From the NCBI GenBank assembly GCA_002633005.1, contig NMRA01000429.1:305532-369531 (forward strand): DNA of 64,000 nt. Direction: 5' to 3'. The stretch comes from Phoronis australis (lineage: Eukaryota; Animalia; Phoronida). Each line of letters begins with the position of its first letter. Position 1 is the first letter of the stretch. Of the stretch, positions 1 to 9,590 are shown in pieces. A model generated the notes under the pieces. It saw only the letters and a list, made by a program, of their open reading frames with translations, had not been told where the DNA came from and searched no databases. The translations under genes and the position numbers were made by a program.

Positions 1-48
1 GACCTTCAGTACTTGAGTGAGCATGGTATACTGTGTGATTTATGTTGA
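1..48 (+). CDS. 3' end of the duplicate copy of the PHD-finger ORF (DLQYLSEHGILCDLC*)
   Basis: Identical to 2176-2223; start lies outside the window. Confidence 0.7.
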   Translation, partial: DLQYLSEHGILCDLC

Positions 49-58
49 ATTATTCAAC

Positions 59-115
59 GGTTCTTTTAAGAACCATTTCACGCTATACCTACAACCAACG
101 GCCCTTTTAAGGGCC
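59..115 (+). promoter_or_regulatory. Two histone-type 3' stem-loops (duplicate copy)
   Basis: GGTTCT-TTTA-AGAACC at 59-74 and GGCCCT-TTTA-AGGGCC at 100-115. Confidence 0.8.
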
Positions 116-1270
116 ACTCAACACTTCCCAGAAGAACTGCTCACTTGAGAATGTTGATTTATCAACACGCTTTCGTAGTTTTCTCAGTAGGCCTATGTGA
201 ACCGTAAATCAAAAACTGTCCGATAACTATGCTGCTATTGGGCAAGCAGACGACATAAAGGGTCGGAACCGAAGTTTGAATTTTGAAATTAATTACCAGT
301 AGCATTGCCAAAAGTACTCACAATACCAACACTTCTACTATTGAAAGACTTTGAAAAGCGTTTCAATACCGAAATTAATATAAATTAATGTTTTTTCGCT
401 GTTTTGTACTGTAAAGTAGATGCAAGTATTTCTCGTCAAATTACACTGACCGGAAACTGCAGCAGATAGGTCAGGAGAGTTCAGCTCAGCTCGTAAGAAT
501 ATGCCGGAGTTGCGAATCTGTTGTCTATAATCTATGGTAAAACTAAGGCTACATCAGCATGTCACGCGAAAGGACCAGCGGGGGCGCATGCAAAATCTGG
601 TAGTCAACCGACACTCACATTGTTCGTTGCAGCCGTTTGAGTGGAAAACAATCGAATAAACGTCATTTTCTAGCATAATTCGCCGGCTTTTGTTACAAAG
701 AAGTGTGTCGTCAGTTTCAAAAACGGAACCCTCTTGACACGGCGCACGGCCCATTTTTTAAACCTTTGAGACGTCTTTCGGGAGATGATGACAGCTTCCC
801 AAGCACCACGGTTTGTTCTAAAATTCGGTTTGCTGGTATAAAAATACTAAAAACTTGTAACGAAATGAAACAATTTCCGATAATTTGTTGCGACATGTAT
901 GCAACCTATGTGCCGGCAGTGAAGAACGCTTGATAAAAGAATCGGGGGAAAAATCTCGTAAATGTCAGGTGACGTAATCGCAAAAAGCCCACTCAAGAGA
1001 TCCCATAACAATTTTAGCAGCAGACGATTAACGATCGCCGATTCTTTCAACACCGGTAAATAAGTTAGTTTACTCAAGGATGAGAGTAGTTTTAATGACA
1101 CTAATTTTAAGTCAGATTTTATTTGTCCATTTAACAATGAGCATACTTACAATAACACAAAAACAAGAACAACACAGACNATAATCATCCACTTTGTTAA
1201 TTTACTTCACCTACACAATTGGAAATAGCCGCTAAAATGAAACTCATTCGAGTAAGAACCACGTCATCGT

Positions 1271-1407
1271 CATGCGCGCACTCAGAGGGGGGGTTCGAGC
1301 CCCCATTTGGCGAAGTGGGCAAAAAGGTCTGCCCGCTCTCTTGTTTACAACAGGTCCATTACGTCAGGAATTCGAGCCTCCCATTTTGAAGACTGGGTGC
1401 GCGCATG
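1271..1407. mobile_element. GC-rich MITE, same family as 12280-12542
   Basis: TIRs CATGCGCGCACTCAG...CTGGGTGCGCGCATG; shared internal TTTGGCGAAGTGGGCA; no clean TSD here. Confidence 0.8.
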
Positions 1408-1579
1408 CACGTGAGTCCCTGGACAGCCCCAATATCGGGTAGAACCCAAGGAGTTCAAGTCGGGGTTAAATCAGGATGGGCATAAATAAGGAAATTTACT
1501 GTATCAACAGATTAGACAAATAAGAATAAGATACAAAGCATTGGTACAGTGTACACGCGCACAATAACTGGGTCTATCA

Positions 1580-1747
1580 TTTTCCCGCCACAAGCGATTG
1601 AACCAATCGGATCACTAATGGCGCAAACCTTTTGAAAACAAGCCTGATATTTAGGGAGTCTGTTACTGCTCTTTATATTTTCAAAACTTTAATTTGTTAT
1701 AGATAATTTATTTGCTGTGCACCTCAATGAGACCAGTTTATATATAT
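1580..1747 (+). promoter_or_regulatory. Putative cell-cycle-type promoter of the PHD ORF
   Basis: E2F-like TTTTCCCGCC 1580-1589, CCAAT 1603-1607, GGCGC 1620-1624, CHR-like TTTGAA 1631-1636, TA-rich box 1737-1747. Confidence 0.45.
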
Positions 1748-1905
1748 GCATTTAACACGATTAATACATTGTAAAACCATAGATTATGCACTATCAACAT
1801 GAGACAAAAACAGTACACCCCTTTATTAAAAAATGGGTTAAAGGTTAGAAACAAAGGACGAGAGCGTAGACAAGTTTCCATCACTTGCAACGTCGATTTT
1901 TTACG

Positions 1906-2223
1906 ATGGACGTTGGAGAAGAACATCAGTCTGGTGACAGCAACACGGAATCGCACAAAGGCGATGATTTTCGAAATTTGATTCGTTGTGTTGTTTGTCA
2001 TTTTTTTCCTACAGTTCAGGATTATTTGTGGATACAGGAACAAGAACTGAACGATGCAGGGTTCGTGACAACGTTGGTGAACGGTAATATCTATCTAAGG
2101 TGTTACAACTGTCATCGATATTGTCATCTCCTCTGTTTTCATCCAACCTTCCCAGATGAAAACTTGAATGAAGAGGACCTTCAGTACTTGAGTGAGCATG
2201 GTATACTGTGTGATTTATGTTGA
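1906..2223 (+). CDS. Small intronless PHD-finger (C4HC3) protein, 105 aa
   Basis: ATG 1906, TGA 2221-2223; CVVC...CYNCHRYCHLLC...CDLC matches C-x2-C, C-x2-C-x4-H-x2-C, C-x2-C; acidic N-terminus. Confidence 0.8.
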   Translation: MDVGEEHQSGDSNTESHKGDDFRNLIRCVVCHFFPTVQDYLWIQEQELNDAGFVTTLVNGNIYLRCYNCHRYCHLLCFHPTFPDENLNEEDLQYLSEHGILCDLC

Positions 2224-2230
2224 ATTATTC

Positions 2231-2311
2231 AACGGTTCTTTTAAGAACCATTTCACGCTATACCTACAACCAACGGCCCTTTTAAGGGCCACTCAACACT
2301 TCCCAGAAGAA
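2231..2311 (+). promoter_or_regulatory. Two tandem replication-dependent-histone-type 3' stem-loops plus possible histone downstream element
   Basis: AAC-GGTTCT-TTTA-AGAACC-A (stem-loop 2234-2249) and AAC-GGCCCT-TTTA-AGGGCC-ACTCA (2275-2290); purine-rich CAGAAGAA 2304-2311. Confidence 0.8.
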
Positions 2312-3345
2312 CTGCTCACTTGAGAATGTTGATTTATCAACACGCTTTCGTAGTTTTCTCAGTAGGCCTATGTGAACCGTAAATCAAAAACTGTCCGATA
2401 ACTATGCTGCTATTGGGCAAGCAGACGACATAAAGGGTCGGAACCGAAGTTTGAATTTTGAAATTAATTACCAGTAGCATTGCCAAAAGTACTCACAATA
2501 CCAACACTTCTACTATTGAAAGACTTTGAAAAGCGTTTCAATACCGAAATTAATATAAATTAATGTTTTTTCGCTGTTTTGTACTGTAAAGTAGATGCAA
2601 GTATTTCTCGTCAAATTACACTGACCGGAAACTGCAGCAGATAGGTCAGGAGAGTTCAGCTCAGCTCGTAAGAATATGCCGGAGTTGCGAATCTGTTGTC
2701 TATAATCTATGGTAAAACTAAGGCTACATCAGCATGTCACGCGAAAGGACCAGCGGGGGCGCATGCAAAATCTGGTAGTCAACCGACACTCACATTGTTC
2801 GTTGCAGCCGTTTGAGTGGAAAACAATCGAATAAACGTCATTTTCTAGCATAATTCGCCGGCTTTTGTTACAAAGAAGTGTGTCGTCAGTTTCAAAAACG
2901 GAACCCTCTTGACACGGCGCACGGCCCATTTTTTAAACCTTTGAGACGTCTTTCGGGAGATGATGACAGCTTCCCAAGCACCACGGTTTGTTCTAAAATT
3001 CGGTTTGCTGGTATAAAAATACTAAAAACTTGTAACGAAATGAAACAATTTCCGATAATTTGTTGCGACATGTATGCAACCTATGTGCCGGCAGTGAAGA
3101 ACGCTTGATAAAAGAATCGGGGGAAAAATCTCGTAAATGTCAGGTGACGTAATCGCAAAAAGCCCACTCAAGAGATCCCATAACAATTTTAGCAGCAGAC
3201 GATTAACGATCGCCGATTCTTTCAACACCGGTAAATAAGTTAGTTTACTCAAGGATGAGAGTAGTTTTAATGACACTAATTTTAAGTCAGATTTTATTTG
3301 TCCATTTAACAATGAGCATACTTACAATAACACAAAAACAAGAAC

Positions 3346-3364
3346 AACACAGACACGCACGCAC

Positions 3365-3414
<50 letters not shown>
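3346..3414. repeat. (CA)n microsatellite
   Basis: Direct reading. Confidence 0.97.
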
Positions 3415-3416
<2 letters not shown>

Positions 3417-3946
3417 ATACCCCGCACCTAATCCTCTTGACTACTAAGAAAAACACCAAAATTACACCATCATTTTACACAAATTCTGAATTCAAATCCT
3501 TACAAGCACTATACTTTTCACTCACATAATACTGTTTGATGAAGTTAAAAAATCTAGTTATAAGTAATCTTTTTGGTCCGAACTTTTGGTTATGAATAAA
3601 CTGTTTACCCAATAATAAATCAATCCTTTTAAAATTTTCCTGTTTATCAAAAAAGCCAAAAATAACATTGTTGCCACACCTTTACTATCAGCACAGTAGT
3701 TTTGAGTCGCCAAGAAATTTCTCAAGCCCTGTACATGTACTTGTTTCGGGGGCTACGTGCGTGACATGCAAGCCAAGATAAAGTAGGCCTACTGCAGCGG
3801 TTGGATAATGTGTGAACTTATACGTGCGCACCACTACAAAGCTGCACATAAGAGAACAGCGACAGTCCTAAATGAAAGAGTGTACCCACTTGACTCTGCG
3901 CACTGGTGCCAATGGCTTATTTGACAATGAACTTAATAGGCTCCTG

Positions 3947-4389
3947 TGCCTGGTTGCATGAAACAGTCCCAAAAATTTACTCAACTACGTTCCCTAAAAC
4001 CTAAGACGTAATTTTGGACTTGTGAAATCATCGATTGCCCTTTCTTGTATTGTTTTAGTTTCATTACTAAGTCATTTTTTGACTTTGATGCAAATCGAGA
4101 GTGAACTCTTACATGTACGTTAATTTGTCAATATTATCGAAAATAATTAAGGATATTTTTATGCAACACACCCAATTTAAGAACTGAGTCCCTATTTATT
4201 TTCGATGAACTCTTTGCTCAGTTTTTAGTCATATTATTAGCAAGTGTCATTAATCAAAGAGGAGCTCATAGTTAAGATGAAATGAAAGAAAAAATATTGC
4301 ATATGTGAGTCCATAAAGACACAAATATGCAAAAAGACTTAAGGACCTTAGTTTATTCCCTATTTGGGACTGTTTCATGCAAACCGGCC
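3947..4389. mobile_element. MITE, possibly PIF/Harbinger-derived
   Basis: TIRs GCCTGGTTGCATGAAACAGTCCCAAA...TTTGGGACTGTTTCATGCAAACCGGCC around an AT-rich core. Confidence 0.75.
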
Positions 4390-5711
4390 ACTGGTGGTCA
4401 TAGAAGACCCGGTGCTTTCCGATATTCCCCGAGACCGATGTAGCTCAGAGCTACGTAAACAGTGTCCTGGTGCGCTGCATTGTGGCACCATTTGGATCGA
4501 CTGCAGAAAGAATGGTTTGCTCAGTTTCACCACTTAGCCATTAGTGACACATCTGTGGTGCATGAATCTACAACCATGTTGCTATACTGGCATCGATATT
4601 TGTTGGTCAGTGATACCAATCATACCGTCATTGTCTGAATAATTTTGACGACGAGCAAGTCCTTTCTTGACAACAAACACCGAGGGTGCCTAAGGTTAGT
4701 GATGATGCCAAAGCGATAGCTGAGCATATCAACAAATACTTTTTGCGACAACCCTACGCTGAAAAATTCTCTAACACCTTCATGTCTACCCAAATTGGAA
4801 TATTTTTAGTAACAGAAAACAATGCCTATCGTGCGAGACCGATTTTATAACAGCGTTTTTGTTATTCAGCCAGCAAAACTAGTAGTACTGCAGAGTATCT
4901 TTAAACCCATCCCATTATCATCAGACACGTAAATCTGTTGTAGCGTGATAAATATTAAGTCCTGTATTTTCTTCAGATTATGTTATCAGGACTGTTAACA
5001 GATGGAAGCGCTCTCAATCAGTGGAAGTGGTTAACTAAAGTAAAACCGAAATAATACTGTCAAATAATAAACATAAAAATAGTCCCCATCTCTCGAGCGG
5101 TGCGTTCTTCATCAGAGGCAAGAAGCAGGCTGACAAATAGATTGCCATGAATGAAATATACCTGTAGTACAGGTGACAGCATGTTTTTTTACTATTTTTA
5201 CTATTTTATATTCTCATCCGTTGGTAATTGCACGGCATCTATTTTATTTATTTAGAAATATATTTTAAAAAATTTCGTGATATGCGTTATTTTTGATCTG
5301 TGGTGAACTGAAATGTATCAGTGCAAAAAGTCTTTAATTAAACATGGAACATAGCTAATAATCTAAGCAACAGTGGCTAAAAAGTTGAGACGACTTGCAT
5401 GTTTTTTGTTTTTCTAAACAAGAGTCTTGACACAACAAATTTTCATTTTTGGAGTCAACCCAAGAGATAATAATAGGACACCAATTTCAAAAATTCGTGA
5501 CGAGTCATGTTCCCAAACCACTGCGTTTTGACAGATTCTTCCGTGCAGGCATTCTTTACACTTCCCTGTTTTGTCCGCAGAATATTTTGCTAGATGTTTG
5601 ACAACATCATTGTGTAGGATCTCAAAACTGGTAATCAAATAGAAACGTGTCAATATAGTAGCTACGCTTTGATCAAAATGCTCATAATTTGTAATGTCTC
5701 TAATTTTTAAG

Positions 5712-6325
5712 GCACCGGATATACTGGACATCTATTGTTGAGACCAAATAACGCCCTGAAGAGTTTCATTGCGTCTTGTGACAGCGGATGGACAGTTATT
5801 CAGCGCAGGCTCGACGGAAGTTTGGATTTCAACAAAGGATGGGAGGACTATAAAGTTGGGTTTGGGGAAAGAGACGGTGAAATGTGGCTCGGAAATGAAA
5901 ACATTCACTACATTACCAAGCAGGGTCAGTACAAATTAAAGCATATTGTGAGTCTGTGGAATGGCACGCATTTTTCACATGGCCACAGTGTTTTTGCCAT
6001 TGCCAACGAGACGGAGAAGTACAAGTTGACTGTGTCAGCTATGTTGCTGTCGACCGGGTTAACGTCTCCCTTTCGTGGCTTAGATCTAGTCAACGGCTCA
6101 AAGTTCACCACCCTCGACTCGAACAATGATAGCAACTCGCGCAATTGCGCTATTGAGGGAAAGGGTGGATGGTGGTACAATACATGTTGTGCTTTCTGCG
6201 TGAATAACCTCTACCCCCTCGAAGGTTCTTGTCCAAAAAAAACAGTATGTATGAGTTTAAAGCGCAAGAGTGGACCGCCCAGACTCATGCTAAAACGTTC
6301 CGTAATGAAAATAAAGAGGAATTGA
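5712..6325 (+). CDS. Terminal exon of a fibrinogen-related domain (FReD; ficolin/tachylectin/angiopoietin-like) gene
   Basis: GWTVIQRRLDGSLDF, WEDYKVGFG, EMWLGNENIH, FTTLDSNND, NCA..GGWWYNTC, MKIKR; acceptor TTTTTAAG ending 5711; upstream exons not resolved. Confidence 0.9.
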
Positions 6326-7147
6326 AAACTTTTTCAGCTTCGGATAAAGATAAGTACGCACTCAAAAGCAATTTAAATGAGTCATTGTTAAACTAAATTC
6401 ACCTAATGGCTTCTCTATTCAGTATTCTGAAAATTTCATTGGCTGAAGAGTGAAGATTACATAGGAAATCAGCTAGCGATAATTTGGCTTAACAGGGATA
6501 TTTAATAGGATTTAACATAACATTAATGACTTTAAATTTTTAGTTCATGTAGAGAAACGAAGATGTAAATGTATCAGATGTTGAATCACAATCTTCGTTA
6601 TAAATCACTAGACACCCCGGAACTAGCCTGTAAATCAATATTCGCGTTAGCCGCTAGTGTACCTGTGTAGTGGTAAATGCGATGCAAACATAAACCAAAG
6701 AATAGTACTAAAGAACACCGAAACAAGTGCTAAATGAAATCATTCATCAGTACATGCGAAAGCAATGGAGTACTTAAGGTGCCAGGGAAAATGAACCGGA
6801 CGAAGTAACGCCCTACATTATCACGCTCTTGTCAACTACTAAAACTGATTGAAACATAGCACTTATATCTCACACTGATTATGGAAAAAAGTCATAATTC
6901 ATCGAGTGCTACTCTCGAAATCGACCGTGGCTCTACCGCAAGTGCAACCAATATCATTTAAACCCACAGCGGGTTGGGTAACATATACAGTGTATCGGTG
7001 CTGGTTTGGAGCACAGCTTTGATAACAATGGTTAACACGCTAGGCTTTTCAACGTTTTTATTATAGCGACTCGCGCAATATTGCATGACTATTTCCAACG
7101 ATGTTATCTTCAATTCTTCAAGTCTAAATCTTCGGTCCCCTCAAAAA

Positions 7148-8790
7148 ATGTCAAACGGAGTAAGTGGCGGCGAAAAACGGTCCAGCTTTTTATATTAACG
7201 GAAAGGTAAACATGCAAAAACTGACGAGTCCAGAAAATTATAGGCTCAACTTTGAAATGTATCCAGGCAAGTGAAGGTCCAGCTGAAAAGTAATCGCAAA
7301 GATTAGAGTCGGAAAGTGTTGACCAATCAAGGTTGGACGAATGAGCTGAAGAAAAATAGTCAAAACTTGAAAACCCTGTTAGCGAGCCTGTGACTCAGTG
7401 TTAGTAACATCTCAGCACCGGACAATCCAATGTCGCGCGATATTCCTGTGGTGATCGCTAAGCAGGGCAGCGATACATTCCAAAATAAGGATGATCCGTT
7501 TGCCTGGGTGTCTAAAACGTGTGACGGAGTTCGGCAACTGTCATCGGAGTGGTTTTATAAAGTTCCGGCGAGTTGAGCAAAATCTTAAGGTGTTCGTTAG
7601 GGTACCCTATATAGCTTTAGTTGCCGTTTGTTTGCAACTGCCCCAATTGACTTGACAACGATTTATGATGCTGGTGCGCTTAACAAATGATGGAAAGTAA
7701 CACCCTGAAGTACATGTATAGAACGACTATTTTTGCGAAACTACACTTCCTCTAAATGTAGAAAACGCTAGCAATAGCCTTAACAATAAACCGTGCAATC
7801 GCCAACAAATCGGTCGCAGCGGTAGTAAAGGCAAAGAAAAATGCAAAAACATATTGCAGGGGTCGTTGAGTGTAACTCTGCTTCTGGCGAATCAAAGCTT
7901 ATTATTCCAAGACTAACATGTGTGCGACCTATCCTCGAACAGGGGCATTTTTTAGAATTTTTGACAATGTTTTTTAAGTATGGCCCGGTCTTAACAGAAC
8001 ATTATTTTTGTAAGATTGGAGCTTATTGAGGTGAGATGCGCATCCTATCTATCCCCTATGATACAGAATGAATTTACTTTTGTGCTGGCAGATCCTGTCG
8101 AAAAATACTGAATACAAAATTAAGTCAGCCAAATACTATGGATAGATGTTTGACAGCACGCCTAAAGAATCCTACTTAGATCAACTGTCGGAAATCATCA
8201 GATAGTACGTGAAAACTGACTGGTGCCACAGAAGTAAAGAAGCAGTCTTGGTGTTCATAGCAGATGAGATACTCGTTCGGATGAAAAAGAAAATGACAAC
8301 AGAGCAGTTGTCAGACATGGATTTGTCATTGATGTATGGAAAAAAAATAAACGAGGAATATTCGAGTGCTTGGATATTTTCGCAAATGAATTGAGTTTCA
8401 TATCGCAAGCAATGTGCCAAATCGTCAATTTGTTCGAAGACATCCTAACCACTGATTTGGCCAACTCCACCAATGGTTGTACAAAGGTACATGTATTAAT
8501 GATGAAACTTGCCGGTTTGTATGACGGCATTTGTGCACCCGAACTCACAATCGAAATATCGACATCTGGAAGACGCTGAAATCTAAGTTTGACCGTGTTA
8601 TACACACTTTGTGAAAGAAGCTTTTGTGATCTAATGCTCAATAAAACGTTTTTGAGATCTACAATGCCCAGGCACGGGTACCTGATTTGGTAGTTCTTCC
8701 AGACATAAACTTTGACGCGGTCATTGGCAAATTTACATTTCAGGAATCTACTAGGAAATCGACGTTTGTGTAAAAAGAAAGTCTGGCCTA
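7148..8790 (+). pseudogene. Decayed hAT transposase (TTF zinc finger plus hATC dimerisation domain)
   Basis: YSFSCRLF near 7609-7635 (TTF-type xCFxCRLF); CERSFCDLMLNKTFLRSTM near 8609-8666 and DINFDAVIGKF near 8703-8735 match the hATC motif; many stops and frameshifts; ends not defined. Confidence 0.75.
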
Positions 8791-9152
8791 CTATCATGAG
8801 CTCTGAGGGGCGAGCACTTTGGATATTGGCGTTTTTCTGCATAGAAATCCATCTTTAGATAAGCTAGGGGGTTATGTATCAGAAAATCTTTCCGCAGATA
8901 TCCCTAGTGCGTTTATTTAAAAAAAACATAGTTGAATCCTAAAACTGTCATTTGAAATGGGCACCAAAACCTTGACAAGAGTAAATTTTTGGAATAAATT
9001 TCTGCTTGTGGGATAACATTACGTCGACAATGTTTTGTGTTAACTCTCATAAGTGAGCAAAATATCACTAGAACTTTCCAGTTGCTCCCCGAGGTATAGA
9101 ACTTTGGCTTTATTTATGCCCATGTGCATGTTTGTATGATTCTTGTGTCTGT

Positions 9153-9590
9153 TGTTACGGCAAAATAAATGAAAAAAAAAACACTTTTCAGGTATAATGA
9201 TCAAAATTAACATCTATTTACTTATTTACAAACATGTTGACAAGTTCCACAAAACTTGGGATGAAGACAGGTTCGAACGTCAGCACCAACACTTGAGACT
9301 TGTGGCATCTTCAGGCTTCATCAACAAGCCGTCCTCGCACGTTCCGCAGACTCCACCAAAATAATACAGTCAAATTCTATGGACTAGACGCTGTTGTCCA
9401 CGCCGTTGCAGAGGCTCGCCACATAAACAAAAAATGACGCTCAAAACTTTGAAAGTATATAAACAAAACATAGGAAAGTGCAGCCTCAGTGTTCGGATAA
9501 CAATTCATAACACACGTCCGCTAACCATCGCCGACCAACTAGATTTCTCGGATAAAACTCTAATCTGCCCCCTAGTGAGAATACGTAACA
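9153..9590 (-). mobile_element. 3' LTR of Gypsy element (438 bp)
   Basis: Terminal inverted repeats TGTTACG (9153-9159) / CGTAACA (9584-9590); purine-rich GAAACGGGGACA immediately 5' on the minus strand. Confidence 0.8.

Larger units (their letters stand above)
1..1179. repeat. Direct duplicate of 2176-3354 (offset 2175 bp), ending at a single-N join
   Basis: Sequence reads identically to 2176-3354; ORF track gives identical peptides at 554/2729, 703/2878, 847/3022; N at 1180 falls where copy 2 enters a (CA)n tract. Confidence 0.95.

Noticed and set aside
2234-2290. Bacterial rho-independent terminators or a histone gene upstream of the hairpins
   Set aside because: No U-tract after the stems, eukaryotic context, and no histone-fold or Lys/Arg-rich ORF in any frame nearby
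2729-3312. Short ORFs downstream of the stem-loops as partner genes
   Set aside because: Non-ATG starts, mutual overlap and no recognisable motifs; cannot be supported without a search
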